The notes beneath the pieces were generated by a model. That model did not search any database. It was not told the origin of the DNA and was given only the letters and a program-made list of their open reading frames with translations. A stretch of DNA of 64,000 nucleotides from an uncultured Candidatus Binatia bacterium. Lineage in GTDB: Bacteria; Desulfobacterota; Binatia; UBA9968; JAJDTQ01. Both the position numbers and the translations under genes were made by a program. The stretch lies in NCBI GenBank assembly GCA_965215605.1, contig OZ244070.1, positions 1,600,001 through 1,664,000 of the forward strand, written 5' to 3'. Positions 1 to 9,203 of the stretch are shown here, in pieces; the stretch's first letter is position 1; the number at the start of each line of letters is the position of its first letter.

Positions 1-437
1 TGGGGGTCTACGGCATCTACGATCTCCTCGACTGGTGGGAAGTGACCCAGGCGCGGCAGGACGACCCCGTGGGCGCGCTGATGGGCAGGACGCCGGCAGA
101 GGCGCCGGAGGACTACCGCCGGTTCTCGCCGCTGCAGGCAGTCGAGGCCGGGGGCGTGCCGCCGGGGGTCCCGTACCTCATCATCCACGGCGAGCAGGAC
201 CCCATCGTCCACCACAACCAGTCCGAGCGTTTCATCGCCGCGCTCCGGGCGGCCGGCGCCAAGGTGGAAACCCTCTTCGTCCCCAACGCCGGCCACTCGT
301 GGTTCACCTACCTTCCCAACGAGCCCGACCGCCGCCGCGTGGATCAGGAGCCCAACGTCACGGTGGCGCCGGTGCTGCTCGATTTCCTCGAGCGCAACCT
401 CTTGACCCGAGACAGGCTTTCAAAAGCGGCTACGTGA
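1..437 (+). CDS. alpha/beta hydrolase (esterase/S9-like), 5'-partial
   Basis: Frame is open from the window edge (GVYGIYDLLDWWEV...). C-terminal motifs LIIHGEQDPIV (catalytic Asp) and NAGHSW (catalytic His). Confidence 0.8.
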   Translation, partial: GVYGIYDLLDWWEVTQARQDDPVGALMGRTPAEAPEDYRRFSPLQAVEAGGVPPGVPYLIIHGEQDPIVHHNQSERFIAALRAAGAKVETLFVPNAGHSWFTYLPNEPDRRRVDQEPNVTVAPVLLDFLERNLLTRDRLSKAAT

Positions 438-514
438 AGCACGCCCTGCCCGTCATCCGGCACGCCGTGCAAGTAGCTCCAGGAAGTGTCCGAGCGGCGC
501 TGTGGCTGGCGATT

Positions 515-2689
515 TCAGGGGTTCTCTACGATCTCGAGGGCGGCGTCATCGAGGCCCAGCGATTCGAGCACGGGACCGAAGTACCCGGCGAAGGTGCCCG
601 TCACGGAACCTTCGACGATCAGACGCTGGTCGTCACCGCAACGGATAACGAGGGAATCCGCCAAGGGGCGCGACAAACGGTGGAAACGGACCTCGTGTTT
701 CAGGTAGGTGCTCGGCTCGCCGTCGTCTAGTGAAAGATCCATCCTCGGAACCTCCCCAACAACGACGCGGTCAGCGAACAGGAGCACCCAGCGCGCCCGC
801 GCGTTGCCGGACGACGCCTCGAACACCGCGACGGCCCGGGTCCGAACGTCCGACGTGACGACGCGGCCAGCCGGCGCAGGAAGTGCTCGTTCGCCGATCT
901 GCCGCAGGATAGCTGGCGCCGATCCTGGCGGGACAGTCGACAGCGTCCCGCACTTCAGGCGATCACGCAGCCGCGACTCCACCGCCTTGAGGTACTGCGC
1001 CCAGAGCGCGGCGACCTGCTTGCGCTCCGGGAGCAACACCGAAGCATTGAACAGCACCATATGGTCGTGTTCGACCGGCCAGTCCGCCGCAGCCTTCGTC
1101 GCCAGTAGATCGACGAAGGAGGCGATCAGTGGTTCGGCCAGGGGGTCTCCGACCAGATCGCGCGGGGGCTCGATCAAGTCTTGCTCACTCTCCGCGACGC
1201 GGTCGGATTCGAGGCCGCCATCGTCGAGGGCCACGGGCATCGCCTTCTCCAGCAGCACGCGGTTCACGCCGGCATCGCCGATACGCTTGCGCGCCGCCAC
1301 GGCGAACGCGCTGCCTTCGATCACCTGCTGCGCTTCTCCGATGTCGAGTCCACACCAATGGCGGGCAAGCATCGCGAGCAGAATGAATCCCTCCCCGATG
1401 CGTATCTCCTCGCGGCTGCCGCTGCCGATCAGATCAACCTGCAGACCGATAGACAGTTCCTTCTCCATTTCCTCTATCGCGTCGCTGGCCTTCGGCTCGT
1501 TCAATCCGCGCATGTCCCGCAGGGTCGCGCCGAGAGACTCGGCAATCGCCTGGCGTCGTGCGGGGGGCAGGGAGGTGAAGTCGACTGGCGGCGTCAGCGT
1601 GGAGTCCGGTTCACCATCGTCCGCAAGCGCGCGCAGCAGCGTCAACTTGGCGAACTCGTCCGGAATCTGGGCGCGCAGAATGCGGTCCAGCAGGACCTTG
1701 CGGTTGTGGTCGACGCCCGGAACCAGCTTGTGAATGCGAAGCGCCTCGACCAACCCCAGCCAGTCAGCGCTCCGATACGTGTGGCCCGGATCGTATGTGC
1801 GCGCCACCTGCAAATAGACCAGCGCTACGGAACCTTCCAGCAGTTCCTTCAGCCAGCCCTCGGCGTACGTCTTGATCACCTGTTTGCCGACCCGCGTCAA
1901 TGCCTCCCCGGCGAGAGTCGACGCTACCAGCGTGACCGGGTTCACACCGAGGGCAATGCGGCCGGCCAGCACCGCACCGCGCAGGTAATGCTGCCAAGGC
2001 GTGTACATCCGATAGAGGCGGCGAGCCTTCTGGACCCGTTCGAGCCACACCACGACTTCCCGAACCGTCCAACCGGTGACGTTGACGACCGGCACCTGCC
2101 GCGCCGCTTGCAGGAGCTCGCCGATGGCGGACCGGGCGGCGAGCGCGATGTCACCGATACGCGCATCCATCTCGGCCCTCTCGGCATCCTTCCCGTACAG
2201 GCGGGCGACTTCCTCCACGACATCGCGGACCTCGTCGAAAACGGCGCGGCCGTCGAGGCCCGCGATCTCCCCGTTTTCTTGCTTCACGTAGCGCCGGTCG
2301 CGGATGCCGTCCCAGACACGGTCGCAGCGGGCCTGGATCATCTTGCCGATCCGTTCGTCCAGTTCCGACGGCGGCCCGTCCGCTTCGGGGCCGTGCGACC
2401 GCTGGAGCGCGCTCCAGGCCAGCTCCGCCGGCGACACGCCCTCGGCCACCCAGCGTTCCTCGACCTCTTTCAAATCCTGCTCGCGCAGTTCGTTGATGTG
2501 CTGCTCCACCTCCGCGACGAGCCGTCGGTCCGCGGCAGCGGACCGCGCGAGACCCGCCGCGAAACCCAGCGCACCGATGCCGAGCAGGGTGACCGCTATC
2601 CCAACTTCTACCGAGAGCAGGATGAAGAGCGAAGCTCCGGAGATCAGGCTTCCGCATCCTGCGAGGAGCCAGCCGACGGACGCGTTCAT
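515..2689 (-). CDS. uncharacterised membrane-anchored protein (~724 aa)
   Basis: Real part of track ORF 515..3553, whose upstream portion overlaps the oxygenase gene. ATG at 2689 (TTG at 2698 possible). Two N-terminal hydrophobic helices, a long helical region and a beta-rich C-terminus. Family not recognised. Confidence 0.7.
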   Translation of the reverse strand: MNASVGWLLAGCGSLISGASLFILLSVEVGIAVTLLGIGALGFAAGLARSAAADRRLVAEVEQHINELREQDLKEVEERWVAEGVSPAELAWSALQRSHGPEADGPPSELDERIGKMIQARCDRVWDGIRDRRYVKQENGEIAGLDGRAVFDEVRDVVEEVARLYGKDAERAEMDARIGDIALAARSAIGELLQAARQVPVVNVTGWTVREVVVWLERVQKARRLYRMYTPWQHYLRGAVLAGRIALGVNPVTLVASTLAGEALTRVGKQVIKTYAEGWLKELLEGSVALVYLQVARTYDPGHTYRSADWLGLVEALRIHKLVPGVDHNRKVLLDRILRAQIPDEFAKLTLLRALADDGEPDSTLTPPVDFTSLPPARRQAIAESLGATLRDMRGLNEPKASDAIEEMEKELSIGLQVDLIGSGSREEIRIGEGFILLAMLARHWCGLDIGEAQQVIEGSAFAVAARKRIGDAGVNRVLLEKAMPVALDDGGLESDRVAESEQDLIEPPRDLVGDPLAEPLIASFVDLLATKAAADWPVEHDHMVLFNASVLLPERKQVAALWAQYLKAVESRLRDRLKCGTLSTVPPGSAPAILRQIGERALPAPAGRVVTSDVRTRAVAVFEASSGNARARWVLLFADRVVVGEVPRMDLSLDDGEPSTYLKHEVRFHRLSRPLADSLVIRCGDDQRLIVEGSVTGTFAGYFGPVLESLGLDDAALEIVENP

Positions 2690-2715
2690 TCGGAGCAATC
2701 GCGTGACGTCATCCT

Positions 2716-3642
2716 TCAGGGAGTGGTCCGCGAGTACTGGGAAGCGCGGCGCTGCCGGAGAAACTCTCCGGCCTCGATGGGCGGGAACTGCCGGGGACGG
2801 TGGTCGCCGCAACAGGAATCCATGCACCGGACCGTGATCTGGCTGTTGGGGTTGTAGAAGAAGACCGTGGAGTACCGCGACTGCTTGACTTCCGGGCCGG
2901 GTAAGGCCACGCGGTGCTTCGGCGACCGGTAGATGCCGTTGGTCCAGCGCGACAGCAGGTCCGCGACGTTGACCGTGACGGTGCCGGGTACCACCGGCAC
3001 CGTCAGCCAGCGGCCGTCCACAAAGGCCTCCAGTCCTTCCACCCCATCCTGAAAGACGAGGGTTACGGTGCCGTAGTCGGTGTGGCTCCCGGCCCGCAAC
3101 TGGCCGGCTCCGGGTTGATGCTCCACCGGCGGGTAGTGGAAGAAACGCGCCGTGCTGGCATGGGGCGCGTGCTTGTCCACGAAGAAATCCTCGGGCGCGT
3201 CCAGGGAGAGCGCCATGGCCTGGAGCAGCGCCGCGCACGCCCGCGCGCCGGCGTCGTGGAGGTCCAGGACCGTTTCGCGGAAACCGGGCACGGGGATGTG
3301 CCAGCGGTCCAGCAGCCCGAGGCTGGCCTGGTTCAGGCTGAAGGATTCCTTGAGGTCCCCCGGCTGTTGGGTGTCGAGGTGCTCGACGGCGACGCCGACG
3401 TAACCCGAGATCACGTCCAGGTCGGACCTGCCGATGGCTTCCTTGATCTCGCCGGGAAGGGCAAAGAATTCCCTGGCCCTGGCCGACACCCGTTCGAGCA
3501 ACCCTTCGGGCAACGGCAGGTTGGCGACGTTGAGGAAGCCGAACTCGGTGCACGCCGCGCGGACCTCCGCGGCCACGCGGCGGCGCGCAGCCGGAGCGCC
3601 ATTCATGAACGGTTCGAAGTCGATTTCGGGTATGATCGGCAC
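2716..3642 (-). CDS. 2-oxoglutarate/Fe(II)-dependent oxygenase, isopenicillin N synthase family
   Basis: N-terminal IPEIDF...ACTEFGF, HTDYG (HxD), distal His in KHRV, and RYS (RxS) 2OG-binding motif. The GTG start overlaps the upstream TAG. Confidence 0.9.
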   Translation of the reverse strand: MPIIPEIDFEPFMNGAPAARRRVAAEVRAACTEFGFLNVANLPLPEGLLERVSARAREFFALPGEIKEAIGRSDLDVISGYVGVAVEHLDTQQPGDLKESFSLNQASLGLLDRWHIPVPGFRETVLDLHDAGARACAALLQAMALSLDAPEDFFVDKHAPHASTARFFHYPPVEHQPGAGQLRAGSHTDYGTVTLVFQDGVEGLEAFVDGRWLTVPVVPGTVTVNVADLLSRWTNGIYRSPKHRVALPGPEVKQSRYSTVFFYNPNSQITVRCMDSCCGDHRPRQFPPIEAGEFLRQRRASQYSRTTP

Positions 3643-4238
3643 TACTCGGCAGCCGCGAGCCGCGAGCCCGCCTCGGTGACGAGCCGCTCCAGTTGTTCGT
3701 AGGGCTCGGCGCCGACGATGGCCAGGCCCTCCGACAGGTAGGTGGGCACGGCGGTCACGCCGAGGGAGTGGCAGCGCTGCCAGTCGTCGTTGACCGACTG
3801 CTCAAAGGTACGGTCCGCCAGCACCTGGCGCGCCTCCTCCACCGGCAGCCCCGCCTCATCCACCACTTGGAGCAGCAGTTCCGGCTTGGAGATGTTCGCC
3901 GCATCGACGAAGTACGCCCGGAACACCGCGTCGTTGAAGGCGTCTTCCCGGCCCTGGTCCTTGGCCCATTTCGCCAATTCCTGGGCCGACCGGCTGTTGT
4001 AGCTGAACTTCCGCTCGGTGAACGGCAGGCCCTCCCGGGCCAGCATGGTATCCACCCGGCTCGGGCCGTTCATGTTCCGCGGCTTGCCGTCCGGCGGGGT
4101 TTCGGGATGCAACGGGAACTGGGTGTAGACAACGTTCAGATCGTGGTTCTGCCGCAGTTTCTCAATACGCCCGGTACTGAGATAGCACCACGGTCAGACG
4201 AAATCCGAGAAAACCTCAAGGGTCACCCGATCGGCCAT
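3642..4238 (-). CDS. DsbA/FrnE-family thioredoxin-fold selenoprotein (UxxC)
   Basis: ATG at 4238 with AAGGAG RBS. Reads MADRVTLEVFSDFV-TGA(4196-4194)-PWCYLSTGRIEKL... in frame into track ORF 3642..4112, which has the cis-Pro motif GVTAVPTY. TGA occupies the first Cys of the family CPWC motif. Confidence 0.88.
4152..4193 (-). promoter_or_regulatory. bacterial SECIS-like hairpin
   Basis: Directly 3' of the UGA: upper stem UCUCAGUAC/GUAUUGAGA closing a CGGGC loop that starts 20 nt after the UGA, plus a possible lower stem CCGUGG/CUGCGG. Confidence 0.7.
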
Positions 4239-4359
4239 CAGCATCTCCTTCCTTCGCGTTGACAGGCGAGTCGCGAGGAGACGCATGTTATCAGATTTAC
4301 CTCGATAATTCCCACATAGGCCGGCGATTTTCACGTATAGTCGGTCCCAGGAAGGATCC

Positions 4360-5742
4360 ATGCCTGCCGAACCCCTGTCAGAGTTGATCGCGAAGTTCCT
4401 CCAGCGGGTGCGCAGCCGCGGAGTGCCCCGGGCCGTCCGGGAGAGGGCCAAGGAGCACCTGCTGGACGGGTTCGCCGTCATGTTGGGCGGGGTGCCGGAG
4501 GCGGCAAGCCGAAGGATACGGGCGCATGTGGCCTCCATCGGCGGCCGGGGCGAGGCCCGCGTGATCGGGACCGCATTGAAGGCCCCCTGCCAGATGGCGG
4601 CGCTGGCCAACGGGGCGCAGGGGCACGTGCTGGACTACGACGACGCCCAGCTCACCACCGCGGGCGGGCGGCCCTTCGGGCAGCAGGTCCATCCCACGGC
4701 GCCGGTGCTGGCGGCGGCCTTGGCGCTGGCGGAGAAGACCCGCGCGAGCGGCTCGGAACTGCTGGCGGCGTACGCAGTAGGCGTGGAGGTGGCCTGCCGG
4801 TTGGGCGATGCGGTGGAGCCGGACCACTACATGGACGGGTTCCACCCCACCGGCACCCTGGGCGTTTTCGGCGCCGCCGCGGCCTGCGGCGGCCTCCTGG
4901 GTCTCAACCGCGAGCGGACCGGCTGGGCGCTGGGCATTGCCGGCGGATTGAGCGCCGGGCTGCGCGCCAACCGGGGTACCATGGCCAAGGCGCTGAACGC
5001 GGGCCGGGCGGCGGAGAACGGCGTGTTGGCGGCCACCCTTGCGGCAAGAGGCTTCACCGCTTCCGCCGGCGCCTTCGAGGATCCCATGGGGTTTTTCAGC
5101 GCCGCCTGCGGCAACCGCTACGACCCGGAACTGCTGCGCTTCGGCAATCCCTGGTTCCTGAGGAAACCGGGCGTCGCCATCAAGCGCTACCCCTGCGCGG
5201 GCGTGATGCATCCGATGCTGGATGCGCTGCTGGCGTTGCTGGAGCGCCGCCGGGTGCGCGCGGACGCCGTCCATCGGGTGCGGGTCCGCCTGCACCCCGA
5301 CGCCGCGCGTCCGCTGGTCTACGACCGTCCCGGAAGCGGCATGGAAGGCAAGTTCAGCCTGCCCTACACGGCCGCGGCGGCGCTGCTGGACCGCCAGGTT
5401 ACCCCGGGACACTACACGGACGCCCGGGTGCGCGACCCGAGGGTCAAAGCGCTGATGTCTCGGGTGGAGCTGGCGCGGGACCCCGGATTGAGCCCGCCGG
5501 GCGGCTCCGGAGCGGCCGCCGGCGTGGAACTGGTTTTAACCGGCGGCCTTCGGTACTATGAAGCCGCGCCCGACCGGCCCGCCGCACGCCCGGGCCGGCC
5601 GGCACTGGAGGAGAAGTTTCAGCAGTGCGCCGAGCACGCGCGCATCGGGAGCGGGGGCAGCCTACGGAAGTTCGTGGACACGCTGTGGTCCCTGGAGAAC
5701 GTCGATTCCCTGGCCTCCTGGCTCCGTCTCTTGCGCGCCTGA
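4360..5742 (+). CDS. MmgE/PrpD family protein
   Basis: Motifs ALANG..HVLDYDD, VHPT, GFHPTGT, MAKALNAG and IKRYPC; 460 aa. Confidence 0.9.
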   Translation: MPAEPLSELIAKFLQRVRSRGVPRAVRERAKEHLLDGFAVMLGGVPEAASRRIRAHVASIGGRGEARVIGTALKAPCQMAALANGAQGHVLDYDDAQLTTAGGRPFGQQVHPTAPVLAAALALAEKTRASGSELLAAYAVGVEVACRLGDAVEPDHYMDGFHPTGTLGVFGAAAACGGLLGLNRERTGWALGIAGGLSAGLRANRGTMAKALNAGRAAENGVLAATLAARGFTASAGAFEDPMGFFSAACGNRYDPELLRFGNPWFLRKPGVAIKRYPCAGVMHPMLDALLALLERRRVRADAVHRVRVRLHPDAARPLVYDRPGSGMEGKFSLPYTAAAALLDRQVTPGHYTDARVRDPRVKALMSRVELARDPGLSPPGGSGAAAGVELVLTGGLRYYEAAPDRPAARPGRPALEEKFQQCAEHARIGSGGSLRKFVDTLWSLENVDSLASWLRLLRA

Positions 5743-5757
5743 AACGAACGGACGGAC

Positions 5758-7218
5758 ATGAGCGAGATACGTTTCATCGACACCACCCTCAGGGACGGAC
5801 ATTTGAGCCTTTGGGCCCTGCGTATGCGCATCGGCCACATGCTCGGCGCCGCCCGGCAGATGGACCGTTGCGGCTTCGAGTCCATGGAGTTCTTCGGCTT
5901 CGCCAGCATCATCAAGCAGGTGCGGGAGTTGAAGGAGAATCCCTGGGACTGGGTGCGGCTCGGGGTCAAGCAGTTTGTCAGGACCCGGCTGCGCTATCAC
6001 GGCGGCATCGGCTCCGGTTTCGAGGCCATTCCCCCGTGCGTTCTCCATCTCTTGCTGGAACGTGTCATCGCCCACGGCATCACCCTCACACGCTCGTCCA
6101 ACCCGTGGAACGACTACGACGTGCTCGCCAGGGAGATCAAGCGCCTGGGAGGAATGGGCATGGAGGTGGTGGCCAACGTCATCTACTCGGTTTCCCCCAA
6201 GCACACCAACGAGTACTACGAGCGGAAAGTCTGCGAGCTGGCGGCGCTGCGGCCCTACCGCATCTGCTTCAAGGACGTCGGCGGGCTGCTGACGCCGGAC
6301 CGCACGCGGGAGATGCTCCAGCTCGTCATGGCCAACGCCGGCGACATCCCGCTGGAGTTCCACGCCCACTGCAACAACAGCCTCGCGCCCTTCAACTATG
6401 TCGAGGCCATGAAGCTGGGGATCAAGACGCTGCATACCTCCATTCCGCCCCTGGCCAACGGTTCGGCCCAACCCTCCATCTTCAACGTGGCGGCAAACGC
6501 CAAGGCACTCGGGCTGACGCCGATGGTGGACCTGGATGCGGTCAGGCCCGTGGAGGAACATTTCACCCGGGTGGCCTTGCAGGAGAACTTTCCCATCGGG
6601 GCACCCAGGGAGTACGACTACGCCCAGTACCTGCACCAGGTGCCCGGCGGCATGATCTCCAACCTGCGCTTCCAACTCGAGGCCGTGGGCATGGGCGACC
6701 GGCTGGAGGAGACCTTGGAGGAGGCTGGGCGCGTGCGCGAGGAGTACGGTTATCCCATCATGGTGACGCCGCTGGCCCAGTTCGTGGGCACCCAGGCGGC
6801 CGTCAACGTCATGGCGGGGGGCCGCTACAAGGAGGTCACCGACCAGAGCATCCAGTACGCCCTGGGGCACTGGGGCGAGGAGGGCGCGCGGCTCATGGAC
6901 CCGGACGTCAAGGACAGGATCCTGAGCCGGCCGCGGGCCCGGGAGTGGGCGGGCTGGATCCGGCCGGAACCCTCCCTGGACGAAGTGCGGCAGAAGTTCG
7001 GCGGTCCCGGGGTCTCGGACGAAGAGCTGGTGCTCCGGGTCATCGCCAGCCCGGATTCGGTGAAGGCCATGCTGGCGGCCGGCGCGCCGGCGGAGTTCCT
7101 CGATGCGCGCCGTCCGGTTTCCGAGCTGATGAAGCAGCTCGCCAGTGTGCGCGAGCTGCGGCAGGTCCATATCCGGCGGGACGGCCTCTCGTTGAAGCTG
7201 GAGCATAGAGACGCTTGA
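5758..7218 (+). CDS. pyruvate carboxylase subunit B / oxaloacetate decarboxylase alpha-like carboxyltransferase (no biotinyl domain)
   Basis: Motifs DTTLRDG, KDVGGLL, HAHCN, HQVPGGMISN and GYPIMVTPLAQFVG. No EAMKM biotin-attachment domain at the C-terminus. Confidence 0.85.
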   Translation: MSEIRFIDTTLRDGHLSLWALRMRIGHMLGAARQMDRCGFESMEFFGFASIIKQVRELKENPWDWVRLGVKQFVRTRLRYHGGIGSGFEAIPPCVLHLLLERVIAHGITLTRSSNPWNDYDVLAREIKRLGGMGMEVVANVIYSVSPKHTNEYYERKVCELAALRPYRICFKDVGGLLTPDRTREMLQLVMANAGDIPLEFHAHCNNSLAPFNYVEAMKLGIKTLHTSIPPLANGSAQPSIFNVAANAKALGLTPMVDLDAVRPVEEHFTRVALQENFPIGAPREYDYAQYLHQVPGGMISNLRFQLEAVGMGDRLEETLEEAGRVREEYGYPIMVTPLAQFVGTQAAVNVMAGGRYKEVTDQSIQYALGHWGEEGARLMDPDVKDRILSRPRAREWAGWIRPEPSLDEVRQKFGGPGVSDEELVLRVIASPDSVKAMLAAGAPAEFLDARRPVSELMKQLASVRELRQVHIRRDGLSLKLEHRDA

Positions 7219-7258
7219 AGGCGGCCCCACCGCCGCCTCTCCGATTCGAGGTGCACCC

Positions 7259-7777
7259 GTGAAGCTGAACGACCGGACCCTGTTCACTCTCGGCGTCTTC
7301 GTTCTCGTGCTCGTCTTCCTGGTCCTGTCCCTGGGCTACCAGCCGAGGGCCCGCCTGGTGCCGCTCGTCATCGCCGTACCCACGCTGTTGCTCACGCTGT
7401 TCCAGCTATTGATCGACATGATTCCCGCGGTGGCCCGCCGCTTCAGCTTCTTCCAGGAATACGACCTCTTCGGCATCGAGACCAGCCGCGCCGCCGCACC
7501 CTCCGAGGAAAGCCGCCCTTCCGGCGCCGTCTTCCGCCGGGAGCTCAACTTCGCGGCCTGGCTGCTGCTGCTCGTGGCCCTGATCTACTTCATCGGCTAC
7601 CTCGTGGCCATCCCGCTCTTCATGGTCCTGTTCATGCGGCTCCGCTCCGCCGAGCGCTGGCTCACGACCCTGTCCATCACCGCCGTCACCTGGGCGTTCG
7701 TCTACATCGTCTTTATCGTGGTCATGGGCGCGCCACTCCACGAGGGGGTGGTGTGGAAGGGGTTGGGGCTGTATTGA
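7259..7777 (+). CDS. TctB-family tripartite tricarboxylate transporter small subunit
   Basis: Four to five hydrophobic segments with the ARLVP, IGYLVAIPLF and ..LHEGV pattern typical of TctB. Confidence 0.75.
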   Translation: MKLNDRTLFTLGVFVLVLVFLVLSLGYQPRARLVPLVIAVPTLLLTLFQLLIDMIPAVARRFSFFQEYDLFGIETSRAAAPSEESRPSGAVFRRELNFAAWLLLLVALIYFIGYLVAIPLFMVLFMRLRSAERWLTTLSITAVTWAFVYIVFIVVMGAPLHEGVVWKGLGLY

Positions 7778-7799
7778 GTTCACGAACGCTCCAAAAGGT

Positions 7800-8618
7800 T
7801 CACCCGTCGAGAAGAAACCCCTTGCGGTGGTCCAGCGCCGGCAGTCTGCGGCGTACCTCGTCCAGGTAGGCGAGGTCGACGGCGGCCAGCACCAGGCCCG
7901 GCTCGGCGCCGGCCTCGGCGATGACCTTGCCCCAAGGGTCGACGATCATGGAATGGCCGTAGGCTTCCATGCTGGCGGGGTGGCGGCCGCTCTGGTCCGG
8001 GGCGATGATGTACACTTGGTTCTCGATGGCCCGGGCGCGCAGCAGCGTCTCCCAGTGGGCGCGGCCCGTGGGCACGGTGAACACCGAGGGCACGAAGACC
8101 ACCCTGGCGCCGGCGGCGGCGAGACGGCGGTAGAGCTCCGGGAAACGCAGGTCGTAGCACACCGACAGCCCCATGGGGCACAGCGGCGTGTCCGCCACCA
8201 CCACGGCGTCGCCGGGCCGGCGGTACTCGGATTCGCGGATGGGGTCCTCGCCCTCGATGTCCACGTCGAACAGGTGGATCTTCCGGTACTTGGCGACGAT
8301 GCCGGTTCCCGGCCCGATGAGGACGCTGGTGTTGTAGGCGCGGCCGGCCGTGTCCGCGGCCTCCAGGACCGACCCGGCCAGAAGATACAAACCCAGCTCG
8401 CCAGCCACCGCGCTCATGCGTTCCGTGGAAGGCCCGGGCACCGGCTCGGCGTGGGCCGCCGTTTCCGCGCCGCGCCCACGCCAGTTGAAGACCTCCGGCA
8501 GCACCACGAGCCGTGCTCCCTCGGCATGGGCCCGGCGAATCCATCCCTCGGCTTCCCGAAGATTCGCCTCCTTGTCCGATGTGGCCAGCATCTGGACGGC
8601 TGCCGCGACAAATTGCAT
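7800..8618 (-). CDS. carbon-nitrogen hydrolase, Nit1/deaminated glutathione amidase-like
   Basis: Catalytic triad motifs LPE, YRKIHLFD and CYDLRFPE; also ARAIENQ and YGHSMIVDPWG. Confidence 0.92.
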   Translation of the reverse strand: MQFVAAAVQMLATSDKEANLREAEGWIRRAHAEGARLVVLPEVFNWRGRGAETAAHAEPVPGPSTERMSAVAGELGLYLLAGSVLEAADTAGRAYNTSVLIGPGTGIVAKYRKIHLFDVDIEGEDPIRESEYRRPGDAVVVADTPLCPMGLSVCYDLRFPELYRRLAAAGARVVFVPSVFTVPTGRAHWETLLRARAIENQVYIIAPDQSGRHPASMEAYGHSMIVDPWGKVIAEAGAEPGLVLAAVDLAYLDEVRRRLPALDHRKGFLLDG

Positions 8619-8675
8619 CTATCCTCACCAACACCATGCATGACAACCCGGCCGGAAGGGTGATAATATCAGGGG

Positions 8676-8963
8676 ATGGCTGGAAAGACTCCATCCAGGG
8701 ACAATCCGCAGGAGAAACTGTTCCGGGAACTTCGGAGCTATGCGGAGCAGCAGTGCGGGATCCAGGTCCGGTGCGAACGGCTGACGCGCGAGTTCGGCTA
8801 CAGCGTGCGCAGCGGCGCCTGCATGGTCAACGGGAAGAAGTGGGTGATCGTGGACCGGGCGCTCCCGGCCCGTGACCGGATGGATGTTCTGGCCGACGAG
8901 ATCAAACAGACCGTGGACGCCAACCGCGAGATACCGCCCAACATCCGGGCGCTCCTGCGCTAG
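8676..8963 (+). CDS. small hypothetical protein (95 aa)
   Basis: Transcribed divergently from the nitrilase gene, with a TGATAAT -10-like box just upstream and protein-like composition (SGACMVNGKKWVIVD). Confidence 0.65.
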   Translation: MAGKTPSRDNPQEKLFRELRSYAEQQCGIQVRCERLTREFGYSVRSGACMVNGKKWVIVDRALPARDRMDVLADEIKQTVDANREIPPNIRALLR

Positions 8964-9203
8964 TTCCTCTGGGTAACCCACTACTCCTTCGGTTTCCGAG
9001 ACGCCACGGGTCTGCCCACGACGCCTGCAAGCATCCCCGAATCACGGGCCTCATCACTCTTCCACGACACAGAACGTTGTCTTCCGGCGTCGCCACTGTC
9101 CATCGCGAAGAGAGCGGGCTGGGGAGCGGCCTTGTCGCCATGGGGAACACCATTGACGAGGCAATGACACCGAGGAACCGCAGGCCGGCAGGCAGGCATC
9201 TGC

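Noticed and set aside
515-3553. 1012-aa ORF as a single protein
   Set aside because: The first ~288 codons are an Arg/Pro/Gly-rich alternative frame over the 2OG-Fe(II) oxygenase; the plausible protein starts near 2689.
8964-9203. 240-bp spacer between convergent genes as ncRNA or MITE (contains palindrome TGGGTAACCCA and a 72-aa ORF)
   Set aside because: I could not identify terminal inverted repeats, a second copy or a recognisable RNA motif.
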